Source: Bacillota bacterium (lineage in GTDB: Bacteria; Bacillota; SHA-98; Ch115; JABLXJ01). From it: a DNA stretch of 64,000 nt. The stretch lies in contig DUMQ01000124.1 in the NCBI GenBank assembly GCA_012839815.1, positions 5,933-69,932 of the forward strand, in the 5' to 3' direction. Below, piece after piece: positions 39,270 through 49,140 of this stretch (its first letter is position 1; every line of letters starts with the position of its first letter). The notes under the pieces are model-generated. The model did not search any database and was not told the DNA's origin. It saw nothing but the letters and a program-made list of their open reading frames with translations. Position numbers and translations under genes: made by a program.

Positions 39270-40225
39270 CCCGCCCGGGGCGGGATCAATGTCCAGACCC
39301 GCGGGTCCTCCTGGCCGAGCTCCCAGATGGCGACACCGGGTATCCCGTGCTCCCGCACCAGCGCCAGTTTCCAGTCGACAGATTCAAAGCACTGATACCA
39401 GACCACATGCCATCTCCCCGAATCGGTACCAGGGGCGAGGTAGACCAGTGTGCACTCGCGCGACACGGGATCGAATACCAGCGGGGCATTATACGTTTCC
39501 GATATCCTTACTACATCCCTGAACGTTACAGTCGCAGCTGGCTCGACGGGAGCGAGGGGCCAGTCGTAGCCGTAGACCCCTATGGCCATAAACAGCTTCC
39601 TGAGAGGCACTTGCGAAAGCGCGAAATTCATTACCGTCCTGTACCAATTGTAGGATGCGATCGGGCCCGGGGGTCCTGTGAACGAGTGCTCCTCATATGC
39701 CAGGATAACGAGCCAATCCACATACCGCGAGAGTGCGGCGTAATCGAACCCGCCCGACCAGGGGTGCCTGGGGTCTTCCTCGGTCTTCCCCGGAACGGCC
39801 TGTGTCACCAGTATGCGATACGGTCCCGAGGTCAGGTAGAGTTCCCTCATAAAGCTAGTCAGCGCCTGGCGATCCTCAGGGTCCACATTCTCGAGATCTA
39901 TGTGCACCCCGTCCAATCTGAAGCGCCGGGCTGCCGCTATGATATTATCAATAGCTCTTCTTTTTGCCATGGGGTTCACGAGCACGGCGTGGGCTATCTC
40001 TCGTATGAACCTTCCTTCAAGAAAGTTGTGAAAGGTCCCCATGACCCTCAGGCCTCTAGACCGCGCAAATTCATACGCCTCCATATCTGGAGAGCCGGTT
40101 ACATCGCCCTCCGAGGTCAGGCGAAACCACCAGCCCGAGATCCCCGTCATATGGCGATAAAATCGCCTCAAGGATGGCATCGATTCACCACCATAATAGC
40201 CCCAGACCTGCAGTCTCATCGGCAT
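39266..40225 (-). CDS. GH18 family glycoside hydrolase (spore SleL/YdhD-like, no LysM)
   Basis: DGVHIDLENV catalytic motif variant, GGFDYAAL, AYEEH, GPIAS, GVAIWELGQED. Confidence 0.8.
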   Translation of the reverse strand: MPMRLQVWGYYGGESMPSLRRFYRHMTGISGWWFRLTSEGDVTGSPDMEAYEFARSRGLRVMGTFHNFLEGRFIREIAHAVLVNPMAKRRAIDNIIAAARRFRLDGVHIDLENVDPEDRQALTSFMRELYLTSGPYRILVTQAVPGKTEEDPRHPWSGGFDYAALSRYVDWLVILAYEEHSFTGPPGPIASYNWYRTVMNFALSQVPLRKLFMAIGVYGYDWPLAPVEPAATVTFRDVVRISETYNAPLVFDPVSRECTLVYLAPGTDSGRWHVVWYQCFESVDWKLALVREHGIPGVAIWELGQEDPRVWTLIPPRAG

Positions 40226-40425
40226 GCACCTCGATTCATCATCGATCTCGATTCGTTCCCGATGGTGACAGCCCTCTGATCTAATCCACCTGATCTAATA
40301 TATGGCAGGTAGCCCAGATTGCTGCGGGTCCTGGGCATATATAAACGATTGACAAGAGAAAAGGTTTTGTTATCCTTGGTGATGGAGTGGAGTATAATCT
40401 GGGAGAGGAGAGCCGCAGGTAAACC

Positions 40426-41340
40426 GTGAAGCTCAAAAGACTTACCGCTAAACCCATCCTATCCCCCATCGCCGATCATGACTGGGAGAGGACGGCAGTC
40501 TTCAACTGCGCCGCCATCTACGATGACGGCCTGTTTCATCTCTTCTACCGTGCGACAGACCGGCCCTTTGGCGATTTCACTGTAAGATTCGTATCCAGCA
40601 TAGGCTATGCCGTGAGCGAGGACGGGATCCATTTCACACGATTTGAAAAGCCTATTTACACCGGCCTCGGGCCGCAGGAGGACTGGGGCGTCGAGGACCC
40701 GAGAATCACGAAGATCGAAGACACCTATTATATGCTCTATACAGCCTTCGGTGGCCGCAGCCTCGATGACGTGCGCATCTCCATGGCATCGACAAAGAAG
40801 CTCGGGCCCGAGGGCTCCGGCGCCTGCCCGTGGATGTGGATGAGGCACGGGGTCGTCCTCGACGAGCCAAACAAAGACGCCGCCCTCTTCCCGGAGAAAA
40901 TCCAGGGGCGCTACGCCATGCTGCACAGGCGTCCACCGGGCATTTGGATCGCCTTTTCGGATGATCTCAAAACCTGGATCGACCATCAAAAGATCATGGA
41001 TGTGGTCCCCGGCAACTGGGACTCATACAAGATAGGGGCGGCCGGGCCCCCCATCAAGACACCCGGAGGGTGGCTCCTCATGTACCACGGCGTCGACGAG
41101 AAACGCGTCTACCGCCTTGGCGCCGCCCTTTTAGACCTGAAGGATCCCACAAGGGTGCTGGCGCGACGGCCCGAGCCGATCCTTGAGCCCGAGCTTGACT
41201 GGGAGATAAACGGGCTCGTCCCAAATGTGGTATTCAGCTGCGGTGCGGCCGAGACCGATGATGCCTATTTCGTGTACTATGGAGCCGCCGACACCTGCAT
41301 CGGCGTTGCCGCCATGCGAAAGGATGAAGTGAAGTTTTAA
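40426..41340 (+). CDS. GH130-like glycosidase/glycoside phosphorylase
   Basis: VFNCAA, GVEDPRIT, NKDAALFPEKI.G.YAMLHR, KIGAAGPPI, YHGV, NVVFSCG, YYGAADT. Confidence 0.88.
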   Translation: MKLKRLTAKPILSPIADHDWERTAVFNCAAIYDDGLFHLFYRATDRPFGDFTVRFVSSIGYAVSEDGIHFTRFEKPIYTGLGPQEDWGVEDPRITKIEDTYYMLYTAFGGRSLDDVRISMASTKKLGPEGSGACPWMWMRHGVVLDEPNKDAALFPEKIQGRYAMLHRRPPGIWIAFSDDLKTWIDHQKIMDVVPGNWDSYKIGAAGPPIKTPGGWLLMYHGVDEKRVYRLGAALLDLKDPTRVLARRPEPILEPELDWEINGLVPNVVFSCGAAETDDAYFVYYGAADTCIGVAAMRKDEVKF

Positions 41341-41364
41341 GGTTCTGGGCTCCGACTCAGAGGA

Positions 41365-42339
41365 TCAAGAGAACAAGCGCCGCGCGGAGTTCCTCACGGG
41401 GTTGGTGAGCGTGCCCACCCTCTCGATCTCGACGGTTACTACGTCACCGTCCTCCAGGAAGACGGGCGGCTTTCGCTTGAACCCGACGCCCGACGGGGTC
41501 CCTGTGGCTATAATGTCACCGGGTTCGAGCGTCATCAAGCTCGATAGGTAAGCGATCAATTGCCTTACCCCGAAAATGAGTTGCGAGGTGCTGGAGTCCT
41601 GCATGACCACACCGTTTAGATGAAGCCTGATCGCGAGGTTTTCGGGGTCAGGGACCTCGTCACTCGTTATGAGGTACGGTCCCATGGGGGCGAAGGTGTC
41701 AAGCGTCTTGCCCTTGATCCACTGGCCATCCCTGAATTGCAGGTCACGCGCGCTCACATCGTTAAAGGCCGTGTACCCCGCGATGTGATCCATCGCGCGG
41801 TCGGCAGGGATGTCCCTGCCCCGCTTCCCGATGACCACCGCCAGCTCGGCCTCGTAATCTACTTGCTTTGTAACAGGCGGTATGATTATGGGCTCGCCCG
41901 GGCCTATTACGGCGTTGGCGAACTTCGAAAACAACACCGGCTCGCCCGGCAGGTCTGCACCGATCTCCGCGGCGTGATCCCGGTAATTGAGCCCGATGCA
42001 TATGATCTTCCCTGGCCGCGCCACCGGAGCGAGGGTTCTGAGCTCGTCCATGGAATGGATAATGCCGGTCTCACCCGTCATAGTCATCGCGAATTCCACC
42101 GCCTGCGCCGCAGCCTCCAGGCTTCGACTGCCGCCCTCCAGAAATGCCACCATATCATCAGGCACCAGGGCATCGGCGAGGCGCCCCGCGCACGGTTCGC
42201 CCTCTGCAGCGAGGCGCGCGCGATAGGCTGCATTCAAGTGAATCACTCTTGAGCCGGGCTCAGCTCCAGCCTCGGAGCCGGGGCCGGCCACGACCCCGAC
42301 AAAACTACGTCCATTATACAAAAAAGTCCCCAACTTCAA
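41365..42339 (-). CDS. Fumarylacetoacetate hydrolase family protein
   Basis: KIICIGLNYRDH, DYEAELAVVIG, NDVSARD, GKTLDTF, LEPGDIIATGTPSGVG. Confidence 0.92.
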   Translation of the reverse strand: MKLGTFLYNGRSFVGVVAGPGSEAGAEPGSRVIHLNAAYRARLAAEGEPCAGRLADALVPDDMVAFLEGGSRSLEAAAQAVEFAMTMTGETGIIHSMDELRTLAPVARPGKIICIGLNYRDHAAEIGADLPGEPVLFSKFANAVIGPGEPIIIPPVTKQVDYEAELAVVIGKRGRDIPADRAMDHIAGYTAFNDVSARDLQFRDGQWIKGKTLDTFAPMGPYLITSDEVPDPENLAIRLHLNGVVMQDSSTSQLIFGVRQLIAYLSSLMTLEPGDIIATGTPSGVGFKRKPPVFLEDGDVVTVEIERVGTLTNPVRNSARRLFS

Positions 42340-42493
42340 GGGTCAAGTCACTCCCGCTTTTATGATTACGCTTCCACTTAAGAACTAGACATTCATCCCG
42401 TGCCGGTCTGCCTTTAAGTCGTTCATATACACAGCTTCTTCATCCGACTGCTATCGCCTCCAGAGGTGGCATATGTAGCTATTGCACAAGGCT

Positions 42494-43696
42494 TCATTCA
42501 TAGCGCAGGGCCTGGATCGGGTCCAGATTTGCGGCTTTATAGGCGGGGTAAACCCCGAATATGAGGCCAACAAGCGAGCTCGAGGCAAAGGCCACAGCCA
42601 CTGCCAGGGGTGATACGCTAGCGGGAATTGGGGAGACGGCAGCGATCAGATGGGCCCCAAGGGCTCCAAATATTATCCCGATAATGCCACCTGTAAGGCA
42701 CAACATTACCGCCTCAGTAACAAACTGCCGCAAGATGTCCCCTTTCCTGGCCCCGACCGCCTTCCTTATCCCGATCTCCCGGGTGCGCTCGGTCACGGTA
42801 ACCAGCATGATGTTCATTACGCCTATTCCGCCCACAAGCAGGGATATACCCCCTATCCCGCCGAGGATCGCAGTGAAGATCCCCAGGATCACCCTGGCGG
42901 ATTCAAGAAAGGACTCGGAACTCTGGGTGAGAAACCTGTTATCTTCGCCATAGCGCCGCCTTAAGAAGCCATTAACCTCATCCACCGCCAGCCTCACCGA
43001 CTCAACATCAGTCGCCTGCGCCATGATGAAACTCACCCTGTCAAATCCGGTGATCCTCCGCGCGATGCTCGCCGGGAGGTAAACGTAGGAATCCTCCGTG
43101 TTCATGCCGCTAAACAGGCCGCTCTGTCCCCTCCGCTTCATTATACCGATAACAGTGCAGCTGAGATCATTGATCCTGATCGTCTCGCCAATGGGATCTC
43201 CGGGCCCGAAGAGCTTGTCAGCTATATCCCGGCCGAGAACCGCCACGAAGCGCCTTCCGCGGATGTCAGACTCGGAGAAGAACCTCCCCGCATCCATGCT
43301 GAAACCCTGCATCCATGCAAATTCATCGTTTACGCAGACTACGGTCGTCCCTTCATCCTCGCGCCCATATTTTACGGTTCCCCTCGCATTGATGTAGGGA
43401 CTCACGTAGAGAAGATGAGGGCATGCGGCCTTCAGGAGATCAACCTCTTCAAATGATAAATACGGGATGTCTCCCATCCTCACGTCCTCATTGTGATAGT
43501 TCGGCTGGATGAACACCATATTGGAGCCCATACCCTCGAGCTCCCCGGTTACCTCGACGCGCGCACCCTCGCCGATCGAAACCATTGTTATAACAGACGC
43601 AACGCCGATGACGATACCGAGCAGGGTAAGCGCGGACCGGAGTTTATTTGCCATGATGCTGGCGATAGCCAGGCTGACATATTCCCTAAATCCCAT
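42494..43696 (-). CDS. MacB/FtsX-type ABC permease (YknZ-like)
   Basis: NKLRS.LTLLGIVIGV, VGGIGVMNIMLVTVTERTREIGIRKAVGA, YPAYKAANLDPIQALRYE. No N-terminal ATPase domain. Confidence 0.92.
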   Translation of the reverse strand: MGFREYVSLAIASIMANKLRSALTLLGIVIGVASVITMVSIGEGARVEVTGELEGMGSNMVFIQPNYHNEDVRMGDIPYLSFEEVDLLKAACPHLLYVSPYINARGTVKYGREDEGTTVVCVNDEFAWMQGFSMDAGRFFSESDIRGRRFVAVLGRDIADKLFGPGDPIGETIRINDLSCTVIGIMKRRGQSGLFSGMNTEDSYVYLPASIARRITGFDRVSFIMAQATDVESVRLAVDEVNGFLRRRYGEDNRFLTQSSESFLESARVILGIFTAILGGIGGISLLVGGIGVMNIMLVTVTERTREIGIRKAVGARKGDILRQFVTEAVMLCLTGGIIGIIFGALGAHLIAAVSPIPASVSPLAVAVAFASSSLVGLIFGVYPAYKAANLDPIQALRYE

Positions 43697-43783
43697 ACCA
43701 ATCCATTATCCTCCAAGCGCTTTTCGCAAATGATCATCCTTATCCTCCAAGAAGCGTTTCTCGCGATCCCCTCAGCGTTTTCT

Positions 43784-45331
43784 TCAGCGTTTCTTCCCTT
43801 CATGCGTTCCAGCCGCCGTGCTCGCTATCTCTACCCTTACGACATCTCCCTCCTTCAAGGTTTTCAGGGCCTGGTAGCTCCCGACAACCACCTCATCGCC
43901 AGGCTTGATGCCGCTCAGGATCTCCGTATCCGTGGGGGTTTCCATCCCCGTCTCGACCTCGACCTCGCGGGCCTTCCCGTCCCTTACAACAAACACGACG
44001 CTGCGGGACTTTCGAGCGCCCGGCTCTTGGCTAGTGCCTGTAGCGCCTGTTGCCTCACGCTCGACAACGGCCTGGCTCGGGATGGATACAACCTTCTCCC
44101 TGTCATACACAACTATCCGGGCATCAGCGGTCATGCCCGGGCGCAGGATGCCGTCCCCATTCTCCACGGATATCTCCACGGTAAACTTGGGGACCGACCC
44201 ATCCAGCGTCGCCTGCGGGGCGATCCTCTCAACCCTCCCCGCGAATTCGCGCGACAAAGCCGCATCGCAGGAGACCTTAACCGCCTGCCCCACCTTCACC
44301 TTGGCGATGTCCACCTCATCGACCTTTGCCTTCATAATGATGCGATCAAGGTCGAGGATAGCCATGAGCAGCGTGCCTTCCTGCACGGCCCCTCCCTCTT
44401 TCGCATTGACTCCGGCTACGACCCCTGAAATGGCAGCCTTCACATCTTTATCTGCAAGCTGTCTCTCCGCCCTTGCACAGGCAGCCTCAGCCTGCTGTAT
44501 CCTTAGCTCAAGGGCCCTCCTGCGCTCCAACTGCGACCTGGCAGCATTAATCGCGAGCTCCAGGCCGATCTCGGCATCCTTGACCTCCGAGCGGGCCACG
44601 ATGAGTTGGGATTCGGTTGGGCCCTCGATAATAGCATCATACTGCTTCCTGGCGGACTCATAGCGCGCCCGCGCGATCTTCTCCTGGGTAACCGCCTCGT
44701 TGAACGCGTTCTTGGAGACAGCGCCCGCCTCAAACAGGGAACGCATCTTTGAAAGATTCACCTCGGCATCGCGCAACGTCACACCGGCCTCGTCCAGGGC
44801 CGCCTTCGCCTGGGCGACCTCGGCATCATCGGGCCCGGCTTCGAGCTCCGCCAGGCGCGCCCTCGCCGCCTCGAGCCGCGCTCGCGCCTGGGCGACCTTG
44901 GGGTCCTTGCCAGGATCATCGCGGGCCAAGGAGTTGCTTCCGGCTGAGGCATTGAGCTCCGCAAGATCAGCCCTTGCCGCCGCCAGAGCCGCCCTGGCCT
45001 CATCAAGCTGCAACTTGAGATCGGATGAATCAAATGACACAAGAACCTGGCCGCGGTCCACCCTATCCCCGTCCTTGACGTAGACGCGCTCGACCAGCCC
45101 TGAAATCGGGCTCCTGACCTCATATGAGCGGGAGGACTCTATAACGCCCGAGCCAGGCACCGTGGCCGTAAACCTTCCCTCCCGCGCAACGGCCGTCTCC
45201 ACGGATTTCCCGGGCGGGCTTAACACACCCTTTTTCTTTGCAACGACGCCGATCCCCAGGCTCACCACCACAACAACAAGGAGCCCGATAAGCCCGAACA
45301 ACGCCTTCCTGCGGGATGATCTCAGGGACAA
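43784..45331 (-). CDS. Periplasmic adaptor / membrane fusion protein (YknX/MacA-like)
   Basis: N-terminal TM, lipoyl-like SPISG.V..V.VKDGDRV..GQ, long coiled coil, VDEVDIAKVKVGQ, LRPGMT. Confidence 0.9.
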   Translation of the reverse strand: MSLRSSRRKALFGLIGLLVVVVVSLGIGVVAKKKGVLSPPGKSVETAVAREGRFTATVPGSGVIESSRSYEVRSPISGLVERVYVKDGDRVDRGQVLVSFDSSDLKLQLDEARAALAAARADLAELNASAGSNSLARDDPGKDPKVAQARARLEAARARLAELEAGPDDAEVAQAKAALDEAGVTLRDAEVNLSKMRSLFEAGAVSKNAFNEAVTQEKIARARYESARKQYDAIIEGPTESQLIVARSEVKDAEIGLELAINAARSQLERRRALELRIQQAEAACARAERQLADKDVKAAISGVVAGVNAKEGGAVQEGTLLMAILDLDRIIMKAKVDEVDIAKVKVGQAVKVSCDAALSREFAGRVERIAPQATLDGSVPKFTVEISVENGDGILRPGMTADARIVVYDREKVVSIPSQAVVEREATGATGTSQEPGARKSRSVVFVVRDGKAREVEVETGMETPTDTEILSGIKPGDEVVVGSYQALKTLKEGDVVRVEIASTAAGTHEGKKR

Positions 45332-45634
45332 TTTGTGTCACCTCGCCTTAGCTGGCGCCTTATATGGCCAAATCCGCAATGGGGAGTCAGTGTTCCAATG
45401 TAGTCGATACTCCAAGTTTTTAACGTTCTTCTTTTTTCCTGTATATCCTGCCGGGCCCATCATAATTTTGCAATAGGAGCAGGTAATTCATGAAGGAAAA
45501 CGGCTGGTGCGCCCGAAGTATTAAGGAGGATCGGCTGGTTCGATAGATCATGCCCGATGGATCATAGGACAGCGTAATATCACCGTCACGGATATCATTA
45601 TATAACATATTATACGGAAGGAGCGTGATTTCCT

Positions 45635-46324
45635 ATGGTTTCTGAAATAAATCCGGGGATGGAGGGAAATGGCGAGGAGAATAAGCGCCGACCCGACCCT
45701 GTCGAGCGGTTTCTTACCATTATGATCGATCCTGCAGGGACATTCAAGGATATAGTCGAGCGCCCGGACTTCGCGATCCCTGTTGTCCTGGCGGTCCTCA
45801 CGGCGCTTCTGGGCATTCCCGTCGCGATGCATTCGGTCAAGAACCTGCCCCCGCAACCCGGCATGCCGCCAGCTCTGATGAGCCCCGCCCTTGCCGGAGG
45901 TATCGCGGCTGTATCGGCCCTCGTGATGCTCCTCATCTGGTGGCCGGTGCGGGCGCTCATATTCATGGGCCTCGGCGCCGCGCTCGGTTCGCGCGTTGAT
46001 TTCAAGAAAAGCCTCGCGGTGGCGGGCTATCTCAATTACTCCGCGTTTATCTCTTCGCTGATCTCGGCCATAACCGTGCTCGCCCTGGGATCCCCCGTGA
46101 TGCCCGGCCTGGGAATGGGCCTATCGCCGGAGCAGCTTGCGACGCCCAGGGGGGTGTTGCTCACAAACCTGAACATAACCTCCCTTATTTACATCTTCCT
46201 GAGTACATTCAGCCTCTCCGAGCTGTGGAGGACGTCCCGCGCACGGGCCCTGGCAGCCACCGTTATAATGTGGGCGCTTGTCCTCGCAGCCAGCGCGGGC
46301 CTGGCAAAGCTGGGGGCTAAATAA
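45635..46324 (+). CDS. Yip1 domain membrane protein (YknW-like)
   Basis: IDP..TFKDIVERP at the N-terminus followed by about five hydrophobic segments. Confidence 0.7.
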   Translation: MVSEINPGMEGNGEENKRRPDPVERFLTIMIDPAGTFKDIVERPDFAIPVVLAVLTALLGIPVAMHSVKNLPPQPGMPPALMSPALAGGIAAVSALVMLLIWWPVRALIFMGLGAALGSRVDFKKSLAVAGYLNYSAFISSLISAITVLALGSPVMPGLGMGLSPEQLATPRGVLLTNLNITSLIYIFLSTFSLSELWRTSRARALAATVIMWALVLAASAGLAKLGAK

Positions 46325-47579
46325 CCTCTATCTTGCCGTACTCGCCGTCGAAGCCGGGGGTGATACTGATCTCTCCCGCCCTCACCCGGCGGACGGCCTC
46401 AGCGACCTCCGGCCCGGCAACGCGCGCCAGGTCGTCGATGCTAACGTGGCGCAGGATCGAAAGCTCCGGGCCGAGCTCCCTGAGCAGGGCGTAATAGCGC
46501 GTCTGGACCTTCTTCGTTGATTCGCCGACCCCAAGAGCAGAGGCGATGATCTCAGATAACGGGACCAAGCTCTCGAAACGCCGGGCGGCCGGGGGTTTTG
46601 CCCCCTCGGGTCTATCAGCGAGTTCCTCGACCCGGTGCAGGACCCCGACGGTGACCTTGCGGCCGCACACAGGGCAGACCCCTCCAGCGGCGCGGGTCTC
46701 TGACGGCTTCCACCGGACACCGCACGCCCTGTGACCATCGTAATGATACTTGCCCTCCTCCGGGAAGAACTCGATGGTCCCGATAAACCTATCCGGGTCG
46801 CGCCTCCGGAGCGCCTCCCTTATAGCTGTAAACGACAGCTCCGTATCAAAGATGTTGGCTTCGCGGGCCAGCTTACGCGGCGAATGGGCATCGGAGTTGG
46901 ATGTGAGGGCAAACCGGTCGAGTGCCGAAAGCCGCCAGTTCATGGGCGGGTCGGACGAAAGCCCGGTTTCAACCGTATAGATATGTTCCACCAGGTCCCC
47001 GTAACACTCGTCGATGCTGTCAAATCCCGAGTGGGCGCCAAAAACCGAGAAATGGGGCGTCCAGATATGGGCGGGGACGAATAACGCCTCCGGGCATACA
47101 TCAAGCGTCATTTGAAGGAGTTCACGGCTATCGATCCCGAGGACCGGACGGCCGTCAGCGCTGAGATTCCCTATCCCATCCAGGCGCCGGCTCAGCTCAT
47201 CGGCGGCATCGAAACCGGGCAATAATATGAGGTTGTGAATCTTCCGGGTTCTTCCGGCCTTCTTGTATATAGTGCTGATCTCGCCCGAGAGCATAAACCT
47301 GACCTGCACACTGTCCAGCCAGGGGATCCCCTCGGCAGAGGCTTCGCCCGCGACCGTTCTGCGGAATTCATCTTTAAGTATGTAGGTTCCATCGCCGTCT
47401 CCGGCAGGCTCCAACTTTTGCCGGAGTTCCTCCCGCCACGCGGGGTGGGTGAAATCTCCCGTTCCGACGAGAGCGACGCCCTTGTAGGCTGCCCAACGGT
47501 AGAGCCCCTCGGGCACGCAATCCTTGCTCGTGGCCCGGGAGTAGTGTGAGTGAATGTGTAGATCGGCGATAAACCTCAT
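46317..47579 (-). CDS. Stand-alone Endonuclease Q family protein (PHP, TIGR00375-type)
   Basis: DLHIHSHYSRAT, GTGDFTHP, SNSDAHS, GKYHYDGHRAC, CPVCG, PGFDGEYG. Paralogue of the N-terminus of 35637-39269. Confidence 0.9.
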   Translation of the reverse strand: MRFIADLHIHSHYSRATSKDCVPEGLYRWAAYKGVALVGTGDFTHPAWREELRQKLEPAGDGDGTYILKDEFRRTVAGEASAEGIPWLDSVQVRFMLSGEISTIYKKAGRTRKIHNLILLPGFDAADELSRRLDGIGNLSADGRPVLGIDSRELLQMTLDVCPEALFVPAHIWTPHFSVFGAHSGFDSIDECYGDLVEHIYTVETGLSSDPPMNWRLSALDRFALTSNSDAHSPRKLAREANIFDTELSFTAIREALRRRDPDRFIGTIEFFPEEGKYHYDGHRACGVRWKPSETRAAGGVCPVCGRKVTVGVLHRVEELADRPEGAKPPAARRFESLVPLSEIIASALGVGESTKKVQTRYYALLRELGPELSILRHVSIDDLARVAGPEVAEAVRRVRAGEISITPGFDGEYGKIEVI

Positions 47580-47664
47580 GCGAATAGCGCGACCTCCATG
47601 CCGGCAATTGTGGTTGTATGGTTGCAGGTAGTAGTTTGCCCATATACGTTCTCTTCATTACGGT

Positions 47665-47815
47665 AAGTTAGTGCGCAAAAATACCCGGACCTTTCTCAGG
47701 TAACAGCTACCAGTAGTTCACATTAGCCGGGGTGTCTCGCATCTCTCCGCCGGGTGGCGAGATGCGAGACACCGTATGCGAGTGCCAAAAAGGCAGAGAT
47801 CTTTGCGACTAACTT
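47665..47815. repeat. Repeat family F1 complete copy (151 bp, MITE-like)
   Basis: Terminal IR AAGTTAGTGCGCAAA / TTTGCGACTAACTT. Internal perfect 15-bp palindrome at 47731-47745 / 47759-47773. Confidence 0.85.
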
Positions 47816-49140
47816 TGGTCTAGAGCCGCCACAATCTCCTCCTTCACGCGAGCATCATCCTCTCTCCGGTAACGGTCCTCAAGATACCTCCTGCCTCTCG
47901 TGCCGCCGACGGTCCCAAGAGACCAGGCAGCATGCCCCCTGATTACAGGCCGCGGGTCATCCAGACACGCCTTTAAGATCGGGATCGCTACGTCTATACC
48001 ATGATCATCCCTCAGATTCCCCAGGGCGATCACGGCGTTACGCTGCAGGACCGTCCTCCCTCTCCAGCCTGCTGCCGTGAGGCCATATACTTCCTTGAAT
48101 CTGGAATTAGACATGGTCAGGACATCCAGAAGGTCGGGGGCCACATCATCCCGGCTCCGTGGCCGGAAGGCGTCAAGCCCGGCGGGGGCAACCCTCTCAT
48201 TCCTCGGACAGACCTCCTGGCACGTATCGCACCCGTAAAGACGAAATCCCATCTTCGTCCGCATATCGCGCGGCACGAAACCCCGCACCTGCGTGATATA
48301 CGAAAGACATATATTTGCATTAGTAACGTAAGGCCGGCGCGGGTCCAGGGCGCCCGTGGGACATGCCCTTAGACATATGTCGCAATCACCACAACCATCC
48401 TCGCCGCCCTCATAGCGTTCACCTGCCGCCGGTTCGGGAGATCCGGCCCCGGCCCAGGGTGTGTCAGGTTCGAGTTCGAGGTCAGTCAGGATTTCACCCA
48501 GGAAAACCCATGACCCGTATTTACGCGTGAATATGCTGCAATTCTTCCCATACCAGCCTATTCCCGCCCGCCAGGCAATGGCTCGATCCACTAACTGGCC
48601 CGTATCTACAAAGCTTGCGAGCCGCACAGGCCGTGGGGAATTCTGAGTCAGGAAATCGCTGAGCTGCTGCAGGATCGACCCTACAACCACATGATAATCC
48701 CTACCCCAACTAGACATGGATATCCGCCCCCTGGGTCTCCCGCGTGGATCCTGACTTGTTTCCTGCTCTGGATTCTGCGCGTCGAAACCGGGTTTCCCTG
48801 CGTTCCCTGCAAATGGGGCGGCACCCGGGCCCGCACTCGTAGCGTATGGCACCGCTATAGCGATGATCGAGCGCGCCCCCGGCATAACCCTGCCCGGGTC
48901 ACACCTCAGCCCTACATCCCTCTCTTCAAAAGGGGATCTATAGCCATCCCTGTCCCGCTCTCTCAACACATCATCTAGCCGCATAAATGGGGACGCATGG
49001 GTGACACCTATAACCTCAATGCCTATCGACCTGCTAAAATCCTTTAGTTTAGATTTAAGATCCTTAAATGAACTATCCCTGGCGGCAGGCAATTCCGCAA
49101 TCACCCTTTCCGCTTCTGCTCCGGCTAAGAATAAGTTCAA
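47809..49140 (-). CDS. queG: Epoxyqueuosine reductase
   Basis: WGRDYH, VDTG..VDRAIA.RAGIGWYGKN, FLGEILTD, CGDCDICLRACPTGA, YGCDTCQEVCP.N, RNAVIALGN. Start uncertain because it overlaps the F2 element. Confidence 0.92.
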   Translation of the reverse strand: MNLFLAGAEAERVIAELPAARDSSFKDLKSKLKDFSRSIGIEVIGVTHASPFMRLDDVLRERDRDGYRSPFEERDVGLRCDPGRVMPGARSIIAIAVPYATSAGPGAAPFAGNAGKPGFDAQNPEQETSQDPRGRPRGRISMSSWGRDYHVVVGSILQQLSDFLTQNSPRPVRLASFVDTGQLVDRAIAWRAGIGWYGKNCSIFTRKYGSWVFLGEILTDLELEPDTPWAGAGSPEPAAGERYEGGEDGCGDCDICLRACPTGALDPRRPYVTNANICLSYITQVRGFVPRDMRTKMGFRLYGCDTCQEVCPRNERVAPAGLDAFRPRSRDDVAPDLLDVLTMSNSRFKEVYGLTAAGWRGRTVLQRNAVIALGNLRDDHGIDVAIPILKACLDDPRPVIRGHAAWSLGTVGGTRGRRYLEDRYRREDDARVKEEIVAALDQS

